A stretch of 64,000 nt of DNA, taken from positions 25,380 to 89,379 of IMG/VR virus record IMGVR_UViG_3300014911_000002. One strand, written 5' to 3'. The position numbers and the translations under genes were made by a program. The notes beneath the pieces were generated by a model. The model ran no database searches. It had not been told where the DNA came from and worked only from the letters and a program-made list of their open reading frames with translations. This DNA comes from a virus. This document shows, in pieces, positions 57,228 to 64,000 of the stretch (positions within the stretch are counted from its first letter, which is position 1; the number at the start of each line of letters is the position of its first letter).

Positions 57228-57668
57228 ATGCCTACACAAACTTATACCGGAGAAAGTGCTAAAATTCAGATTGGTGGCAAGACTCACTCTATGCTAGGTC
57301 TTGCAGATTTTACGTTGACTCTATCAAGAGATACTATTGAAGAATCCTTGCTTGGAGAAAGAGGAAATTTCTTCATGCAAGGGCCCCTCAGCGTAGAGGG
57401 CTCCCTTACAGCAGCTAAGCTCTCTGATTCAGCGGCTGGAGTTCTTCTTGAAGCTTTGATATCTGGAAGCGTAGTCTGGGTTTCAGGCAGTGTGGGTCCA
57501 AACTCACTTCATTTCTTCTTCCAGTCATGCCAGATATCAGGATTTGATATATCCATTGGAGATGCATCAACTATAACTGAGGGGTCCATTGACTTTAGTG
57601 TCTTGCATCCATACAAAGTTTCATCGGTTGCAAATATGGAATACGGCACAATGATCAGGGACTTCTGA
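57228..57668 (+). CDS. Tail tube protein 2 (paralog of the preceding gene)
   Basis: Shared DF.LT.SRDT.E, S.EGS, SCQI.G.DISIGDA.TITE.SIDF. Confidence 0.7.
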   Translation: MPTQTYTGESAKIQIGGKTHSMLGLADFTLTLSRDTIEESLLGERGNFFMQGPLSVEGSLTAAKLSDSAAGVLLEALISGSVVWVSGSVGPNSLHFFFQSCQISGFDISIGDASTITEGSIDFSVLHPYKVSSVANMEYGTMIRDF

Positions 57669-57719
57669 TGTCTGTTGTGCTTATTTATACTGTCCAGAGC
57701 TCTCATATGAGGTGATATA

Positions 57720-58232
57720 TTGACTGATGAGCAGACTAAGGTTGAAAATGCTGGCAGTCAGAAGAAGCCAGCGGTAAAAAAAGATGATGAGAAAGTATTT
57801 TTCGAAAAATTGAAGAAAAGTGAGGAAAAAAAGCAATTGGAGCTTCTCCGTCAATTAGCAACAAGAGAAAAACTTGAACGAGATTATGATGAAGACATAA
57901 TCTATGTCACATTCCATACTTCGCCCGAAACAAAGCGTACTATAAAAGCGCGTAAACCAAACCCAGAAGAAATGATTGACATCTTGATGTTATCAGCTGA
58001 GGCCGCAAAATATGAGGGAAGAGTAGATGCAGAATCACTCAAAAAGATGGCAGAAATTTACAAAAAACTCCCAAAGTTAGCAGCAAGATTATCCGTTGAT
58101 AAGAAGCTGGATGAAGAATTCTGGTCGAAGAAAGTTTCATTTACAACGCTACAGAATTTCATCTTCGAACTAATCGCTGCAACCCAAAAATCAACCTTAA
58201 TATCCGAAGAAGAATTAGAATCCTTTCGTTAA
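57720..58232 (+). CDS. Tail assembly chaperone (G-like)
   Basis: Position after tail tubes; ends TCC TTT CGT TAA. Confidence 0.65.
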   Translation: MTDEQTKVENAGSQKKPAVKKDDEKVFFEKLKKSEEKKQLELLRQLATREKLERDYDEDIIYVTFHTSPETKRTIKARKPNPEEMIDILMLSAEAAKYEGRVDAESLKKMAEIYKKLPKLAARLSVDKKLDEEFWSKKVSFTTLQNFIFELIAATQKSTLISEEELESFR

Positions 58233-58434
58233 AAGCGATCTGGGTTTATTGGAAGGAAAGCTTTGTGAGTTTTTTCGCGTTACGCCAAAACAACTAGGGA
58301 AGATGAGGCGCGAAGATCCCGTAGGCATGATGTTCGTTGAACGATATCTTCTCTATCTGGCGGAGTTACGAGAGAAGCAGGCTAAACAAATGTTAAAGGC
58401 TCAAAAGAAAAAGCCACATAGGCGGTATAGATGA
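58225..58434 (+). CDS. +1-frame extension of tail chaperone (GT-like)
   Basis: Frame open from TTC 58225 through LEGKLCEFFRVTPKQL to stop 58434; no ATG near its 5' end. Confidence 0.6.
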   Translation, partial: FVKSDLGLLEGKLCEFFRVTPKQLGKMRREDPVGMMFVERYLLYLAELREKQAKQMLKAQKKKPHRRYR

Positions 58435-58487
58435 GCTCTGGATGTACTAACATGTATTCTTTTATGTTCTTTTATAATGGATAGGTT

Positions 58488-59114
58488 ATGGCAGCAACAG
58501 TAGTTATAAAAGAAATTACAGGTCCGGAGGGTTCTCCAACTTATACTTTGAAGGATGAAAGCAATCCTTCTCGTTATTACACTGCAGACATTTCGGATTC
58601 CGATAGCACATCTTATCCTATTCCCATACCAACAGCCGGAACCAATAGAAGCTTTTGGAAGAGTCATTGTCTTGACATAACTTCAGGTCCAGACACATAC
58701 ATCAAGAATGTTAGGTACTATCAAACCTGGACAAATTCACCAAATGAAGATTGGTCGCTTGGCACCGATGGAGACATCATCGTAGGAGTTTCGTCATCCT
58801 CAGTCGATGATTGCAGAACTCTTTCTCAGGGTTGCCCGCAAAGCAGTTATGACCAAGCTACCGGGACTATAGGCCAAACTGGGGATCCCATAGAAACAAC
58901 ACATAGCTATTATTCGGCTACTGCGGGAAAGAAAATGAGCATCACTTATTTCTCGTCACAAACCTCTGCACTTATGGTTCAATCGGGGCAGGTTGTTGGT
59001 GCAGGAGAAACGGGAAAATCTTACATAGTAGTTACACAGGTAATTGTTGGTTCTGGTGCAACTCAGGGACTTAAGCCTGATAGAACTGCAACGTTTGTAT
59101 ATGATGAGGCATAA
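58488..59114 (+). CDS. Virion structural protein
   Basis: S/T/G-rich beta protein ending TFVYDEA; in tail region. Confidence 0.6.
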   Translation: MAATVVIKEITGPEGSPTYTLKDESNPSRYYTADISDSDSTSYPIPIPTAGTNRSFWKSHCLDITSGPDTYIKNVRYYQTWTNSPNEDWSLGTDGDIIVGVSSSSVDDCRTLSQGCPQSSYDQATGTIGQTGDPIETTHSYYSATAGKKMSITYFSSQTSALMVQSGQVVGAGETGKSYIVVTQVIVGSGATQGLKPDRTATFVYDEA

Positions 59115-59174
59115 ACTATGATGCCTCTTCTGTCTTTCACTATTGTATGTTTCTAATGATCGCAACCCAATACA

Positions 59175-59849
59175 ATGGGTGGTGATATGGCATCCCAGCC
59201 TCACCCTATATGTTATTTCTGGATTGCCCACTATAATGATGGTACCTGTTTGCCTCAGTTTGATCCTTATGATTTCCATCCTAATAAAATTACTGATATA
59301 GATCAGAGTCGATTAGTAAAAATTGGTTGGTATCCACTCTCAATATCTTTAGCTAAGGCTCTTAATGATAAAGGCATACCTGCTATCTCAAATCCCTTAC
59401 TTCCAAAGATTGAGGTTGACATTACCAAGGATAAAAGGTATATACTTTTCACCAGAAATTTCATTGCCAATGAAGAATTTAGAATATGTGGAGCTTGTGG
59501 TAAGGAATTTAAAGCTACTGCCAACAGTAAGATATTTGCAGATACTAAATTCCCTTCTCCTATTTGTCCATATTGTGGTGCCCATGATTATTGGAAATGT
59601 AAAAACTGCGGAAAGACCTTTCAACGTTTTGAAGAAACTGAATCCACACCTCCAGAGAAGGGCGGTGCAGGTCATTGCCCGGAATGCGGCGGATATCTTG
59701 AGCGGGTTAGAGTAACAAGTAGACAATTTACGCGAGAAAAACGCTGGCGCTATTATGTAGTTGGATACCAGGAAACAATAAACGGGAGAAATTACAAGAC
59801 TCTGTTATATATTAACGAGAATGGTGATGTTGAGGTTAGATACGAGTGA
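59175..59849 (+). CDS. Multi-zinc-ribbon protein
   Basis: CGAC, CPYC, CKNC, CPEC inserted in a WIAHY...QFD domain. Confidence 0.65.
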   Translation: MGGDMASQPHPICYFWIAHYNDGTCLPQFDPYDFHPNKITDIDQSRLVKIGWYPLSISLAKALNDKGIPAISNPLLPKIEVDITKDKRYILFTRNFIANEEFRICGACGKEFKATANSKIFADTKFPSPICPYCGAHDYWKCKNCGKTFQRFEETESTPPEKGGAGHCPECGGYLERVRVTSRQFTREKRWRYYVVGYQETINGRNYKTLLYINENGDVEVRYE

Positions 59850-59853
59850 CTGA

Positions 59854-61338
59854 ATGGTTTGGAATGAGACTAAACTTCCAGGAGATGTAATAACAGCAGA
59901 AGATTGGAATGCCCAAGCTAATGTTATAATCGAAACTTCAGGCTCATTTTGGGCTCATTCTGGAAATAAACTTAACCCGCATCAAGTTACATTAGAGCAG
60001 GCAAGAATAGAAAATAATACTCTCGAAGGACCAATTGATATGAGCGATAATAAAATAATCAATTTAGCTAGTCCTATCGCTATTGGAGATGCAACAAATA
60101 AAGAATATGTAGATAGAGCGGTTACATCATTAGGTGCTTCCTATTATATGACAGATGACATCGATTCTGACACCGGCTATAGGCTATGCTCTTTAGTTCC
60201 ACCATCAATAGCCGAGACCTATGTAGAGGTGACAGACATAACTGACGATCAAGAAATAGCGAGCTTTATTGCTAAACCAGGAGAGTCACCTTCAATCCTA
60301 CTAAAGGGCGTATATTCCTGGTTTATTTTTGCAGAGAAAACAGACGGAACTAAGGACATTAGGATATACTGGAAGATGTACGAACGCTCTGGTTCAACAG
60401 AAATTGAGATTGATACGTCTGCTGAAAGCGGGATAATTGAATCCAAGACCTCCTATATAGTGCCATTAGCTTTGAATACTGATTACCATCCTTGGAGTGG
60501 TTCTAGAATAGTTGGCAAGATTTTTGCAAGAGCTGAGGGTACGGGGTCGGCTCCTTCATTAAGGATATATTTTGGTGGCAATTCTGCATCAAGATGGGAA
60601 ATACCAGCGAATTCAGAAATCTTTAAATATATTTTTGTCCCATATTCTGGAGCCAAAAAGGATGTTTATTTAGGAAATCATTCCTTAACTGCTAGTGAAA
60701 TCTCAAGTGATCAGTTCACTCTGAATGGCTATTCCATTTCAGAGATATCAAATGACACATCCTTAGCTGATGCATCTCAAACTGCTATACCTACAGAATA
60801 TGCTGTCAAGTCTTATGGTGATGTAAATTACTATCCATCTTCACAGGGTAGCTCTTTAAGTGATTCTCTCACATCGCATGTGAATAATTCGTCAATTCAT
60901 TTCACAAAGGACAGTATAAATCTCGACGATCTAGGTGATGTAAGCACAACTTCCCTGGTATCTGGCAACCAGCTGATATATATGGGGACTACATCGAAAT
61001 GGAAGAACGCTTATCCTCCACTAACATTTTCTATTGCTAATGTCAAATTATCAGGTCAACAGAATCTAAATTTAGCCAGATTTACAACCCCTCCCGGAAA
61101 GTCGTGTTATGTATGGCAAGCATCTGCTTGTGGCTCTGGTGGTGCTGCAATCGCAGACCTGAAGATTCAAATACTATCAGGAAATACCGTGGTATATAGC
61201 ACCTCTTCGGCTACTGTTCAGCAAGGCAGTCCATTAGCAGTTACTCAAGGAAATATTGAAATTAGATTAGCATACTCGGGTTCGAATGCGACTGGAGAAG
61301 TGTATGGTACTGGTTTCATGTCATTGTCTATCCTTTAA
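59854..61338 (+). CDS. Tail fibre-like structural protein
   Basis: ITAEDWN, H..NK.NPHQVT, KIINLA.P...DATNKEYVD, IPTEYAVK, LDDLGDV fibre motifs. Confidence 0.7.
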   Translation: MVWNETKLPGDVITAEDWNAQANVIIETSGSFWAHSGNKLNPHQVTLEQARIENNTLEGPIDMSDNKIINLASPIAIGDATNKEYVDRAVTSLGASYYMTDDIDSDTGYRLCSLVPPSIAETYVEVTDITDDQEIASFIAKPGESPSILLKGVYSWFIFAEKTDGTKDIRIYWKMYERSGSTEIEIDTSAESGIIESKTSYIVPLALNTDYHPWSGSRIVGKIFARAEGTGSAPSLRIYFGGNSASRWEIPANSEIFKYIFVPYSGAKKDVYLGNHSLTASEISSDQFTLNGYSISEISNDTSLADASQTAIPTEYAVKSYGDVNYYPSSQGSSLSDSLTSHVNNSSIHFTKDSINLDDLGDVSTTSLVSGNQLIYMGTTSKWKNAYPPLTFSIANVKLSGQQNLNLARFTTPPGKSCYVWQASACGSGGAAIADLKIQILSGNTVVYSTSSATVQQGSPLAVTQGNIEIRLAYSGSNATGEVYGTGFMSLSIL

Positions 61339-61347
61339 TGATTAACT

Positions 61348-62670
61348 ATGCTTAAACTTAATTCCACAACATGGAAGCATACCGCTAAAGATGATAAGGA
61401 CGACCGATTAGAGGTAATAATCGGTGATGATAAGCAGCCAGATTTTAAGCCACAAATCAAAATTCAACGATGGGACAACGAAGTAAACGCTTCATTCAGG
61501 CTGGTTGATGATGAAACTGATACGCCCATTATAAAAGAAGAAGAAAGCAGGATAAAATACATCAAGCCTAAGAAAGAATTACATTTTTACAACATAGAGC
61601 CTAACGATGAGCTAAGAGAAGGCGGGTTTGAATTCGAAATAATCCTCAAGGAGAAACCTAAGAGCAATAAACTTGAATTTACAATTAATGCAAAAGGTTT
61701 GAAATTCTATTATCAACCGCCCTTGACAGAAATGCTAAAGGTTGGAGATTGGAATGGCAAAATAGTTAAAGTGACAGAAACCCACGCTTACACGAAAGAT
61801 GAAAAGACTGGAGAACTGATACCCTTCATCCATGGGCCTGAGTATGTTATCGGCTCATATGCGGTGTATCACGAGAATAAGGCAGGTGATTATTCTAGAG
61901 TTGGTGGGAAAAATTATCGGGTAGGTAAAGTATTTCACATTTATAGACCGAAAATTATAGATGCTAATGGAAACTGGATATGGGGCAAGTTGCACATAGA
62001 TACGGATAGAGGAATATTAACGATTACAATAGATCATGATTGGTTAAACGCTGCTTCCCTTCCCCTAACTGTCGATCCCACATTTGGATATGACACCGCA
62101 GGCGTATATGAAATCGACTTTGTAGAGGAGATAATGGGAACGAAATATAATTCGCCATCAGACATATCAGATGCCGATAGCATATCGGTGTATACAAAGC
62201 TTCTTTCTGGCCCTCCCGAAGATACATTCAAAGCAGCAATATATGAAGCTGATGGAGATACTGGGATATTAGTCTCTTATAGTTTAACATCTGAAGAGAG
62301 TGTAACGAATACATCACCGCATTGGCATCATTTTGCCGATTATAGCCCCAAACCTTCACTCTCTCCCTCGACGGATTATTTCCTGGTATTTCAGACTCTA
62401 ACATGGGGCTATTTGGCTTATTTTTTCGATGAAGTTACCGGAACATATCAGGTAGGAACTCCGAACCATCCTATTATTGGGGATTCTCCCATAACTTTCC
62501 ATGATGCTGGGGAAGGAAAATTTTCTGTTTATTGTACCTACACAGCAGCTGGCGGTGAAGAAGCTACGGCAGAACGTGCATTAGACTCTGACCAACACTA
62601 CGGAAATGAAGCTTATATTGATGTAGATAAATATGACAGTGATGTATATATTCCAACGATAAATGTCTAA
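61348..62670 (+). CDS. Tail/virion structural protein
   Basis: GSYAVY, HIYRPKIIDANG, VDPTFG; C-terminal beta-sandwich. Confidence 0.6.
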   Translation: MLKLNSTTWKHTAKDDKDDRLEVIIGDDKQPDFKPQIKIQRWDNEVNASFRLVDDETDTPIIKEEESRIKYIKPKKELHFYNIEPNDELREGGFEFEIILKEKPKSNKLEFTINAKGLKFYYQPPLTEMLKVGDWNGKIVKVTETHAYTKDEKTGELIPFIHGPEYVIGSYAVYHENKAGDYSRVGGKNYRVGKVFHIYRPKIIDANGNWIWGKLHIDTDRGILTITIDHDWLNAASLPLTVDPTFGYDTAGVYEIDFVEEIMGTKYNSPSDISDADSISVYTKLLSGPPEDTFKAAIYEADGDTGILVSYSLTSEESVTNTSPHWHHFADYSPKPSLSPSTDYFLVFQTLTWGYLAYFFDEVTGTYQVGTPNHPIIGDSPITFHDAGEGKFSVYCTYTAAGGEEATAERALDSDQHYGNEAYIDVDKYDSDVYIPTINV

Positions 62671-62686
62671 TTATAGTTATTAGGAA

Positions 62687-64000
62687 ATGGCTAGGGATTT
62701 CATCTGTACACTGCGGGCATCTGGAGGCGATTACACTAGCATCAATGCGTGGAGAGCTGCAATAGCATGTGATTTAACATCTTCGACCACAAAAGTGTTC
62801 ATAGTCTCAGACAGGGGCACTTACACACCAAGTGATGATGGAAAGACGGTCACATTTACTGGTGGTGGAACTGGGACACTTAAGCATATTAACGTTTACA
62901 ATCAAGCATTAATAGTAAATTGCTCTGGAACCATACAACCAGGAACCGTAACAATAGCTAATGGTCATACATTTACTATTTCTGATACTGGAGAGCAAAT
63001 AGGCGATGCTATTCTGAGTTGTTATAACGACTGGCCAGATGGTCTTGATGAGAGCTATATCGATATTAAAGATTTCATAACAAATAGCGAGCACCATGTA
63101 AAAATTTGGACTGACCCAAATGAATCCGGGACACAAGGTCCGAATAGACATAATGGAACAGCAGAGAGTGGATTTTATATTAAAAATTCAGGTAATTATT
63201 ATACATTTGTTTTCAGGATTTCAAATGTGATCCTTGAAGGAATTGAAATTCAACAGCCATCTAAACCAGCTTATGCTGTTCTATATAACACAGATAATTC
63301 TTTTGTCAATATTTTCAGGAAATTAATCATTCATAATGTTGGAGGAATCATATACAACGGGGGATCGTCAAGAGTTGAGAATTCAATATTTTATGATTTC
63401 GGAAGCTCTGGTTATTCAGCGGTGAGATTTGGTAAGGTATACAATTGCACTGTTTATGCAATAGATTGTGGAAGTTACTCTAATCAAATTTTGGTTCGTG
63501 ATGCAGAATGCTATAATGTCCTATTATATAGCAATAATTCTGGAACTGGCTATAATGATTTTTATAATTGCACGGGTGATTATAATATAGGTTCTGATAG
63601 CTCTGTTCCTGGGAGTCATTCTATTAAAAATGTAACGCTTGATCAAATTAAATTTGTCTCCACAACACCAGGGTCAGAAGATTTACATATCCAGGCTGAT
63701 TCAATTGCAAGGGATGCTGGTACAGACCTCTCGGCTTATTTCACCGATGATATCGACGGTGATACAAGGAGTGGGACCTGGGATATCGGAGCAGATGAGT
63801 ATGTTGCTGGCATAGAAGAAGAAACTATAAGCATAAATTATCAATTTGATACTGTAGCTAAGAGACTAAACTTATACGAGTCTTATTCTCTAGATTCGTT
63901 AATCAAGGCTTTAGGCTTAGAAAAAACCTATGCCTTTGATGAGATACAAAGCAGAGAATTGGTAAAGAATTATCTAATAGATGCATTACAAAAGAAGGTA
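62687..64000 (+). CDS. Beta-helix (pectin-lyase-like) tailspike/adhesin, partial
   Basis: Not in ORF track; MARDFICTLRASGGDYTSINAW...DLHIQADS.A.DAG...DIDG.TR..WDIGADEY; same frame at both ends and open at the window end. Confidence 0.7.
   Translation, partial: MARDFICTLRASGGDYTSINAWRAAIACDLTSSTTKVFIVSDRGTYTPSDDGKTVTFTGGGTGTLKHINVYNQALIVNCSGTIQPGTVTIANGHTFTISDTGEQIGDAILSCYNDWPDGLDESYIDIKDFITNSEHHVKIWTDPNESGTQGPNRHNGTAESGFYIKNSGNYYTFVFRISNVILEGIEIQQPSKPAYAVLYNTDNSFVNIFRKLIIHNVGGIIYNGGSSRVENSIFYDFGSSGYSAVRFGKVYNCTVYAIDCGSYSNQILVRDAECYNVLLYSNNSGTGYNDFYNCTGDYNIGSDSSVPGSHSIKNVTLDQIKFVSTTPGSEDLHIQADSIARDAGTDLSAYFTDDIDGDTRSGTWDIGADEYVAGIEEETISINYQFDTVAKRLNLYESYSLDSLIKALGLEKTYAFDEIQSRELVKNYLIDALQKKV

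Larger units (their letters stand above)
1..64000. mobile_element. Archaeal head-tail virus genome segment (Caudoviricetes-like)
   Basis: Terminase-portal-protease-HK97 capsid-neck-tail gene order on +; archaeal-type Alba, PriS-PriL, RadB, XPF; BRE/TATA promoters and GGTGA/GGAGG RBS; dense operons with no host housekeeping block. Confidence 0.93.

Noticed and set aside
43214-63151. Minus-strand ORFs in the right arm (e.g. 52176..52595, 55940..56464)
   Set aside because: Antisense to clear structural genes; Ser/Phe-rich mirror of Glu/Lys codons
59854-64000. Diversity-generating retroelement targeting the fibre genes
   Set aside because: No reverse transcriptase and no TR/VR repeat pair seen within the window

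Overview
The whole window looks like part of a large head-tail (Caudoviricetes, HK97-fold, probably long non-contractile-tailed) virus of an anaerobic archaeon. Archaeal markers are Alba, a PriS-PriL fusion primase, RadA/RadB, XPF, BRE-TATA promoters and GGTGA Shine-Dalgarno sites; the class III RNR points to an anaerobic host. No host housekeeping block or integrase is visible. Two arms diverge from a control region at about 41.7-42.3 kb. The minus arm (1-41.6 kb) carries small early genes, a phiEco32-like amidoligase cluster (ATP-grasp, COOH-NH2 ligase, GCS2, two class II glutamine amidotransferases), a recombination/replication block, and a glycosylation/sulfur/nucleotide block (4 glycosyltransferases, CysD, sulfatase-like enzyme, NrdD/G, DNA methyltransferase). 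The plus arm (42.4-64 kb) is the morphogenesis operon: terminase, Alba, portal, proteases, capsid, neck, two tail tubes, a +1-frameshifted tail chaperone and fibres. Main unusual observations: (i) a nucleic-acid end-healing/sealing kit (HIT-like, MBL-ASCH-ligase, LigD-type phosphoesterase, nucleotidyltransferase fused to the prohead protease) inside the head genes; (ii) a ~20-kb zone apparently free of GATC/CCGG/GGCC; (iii) four dispersed ~130-bp palindromic elements; (iv) a ~320-nt structured ncRNA candidate and a tRNA-like minihelix plus Phe-anticodon hairpin; (v) recombination-site-like inverted repeats near the divergence point. All calls come from reading motifs by eye; no database searches were run.
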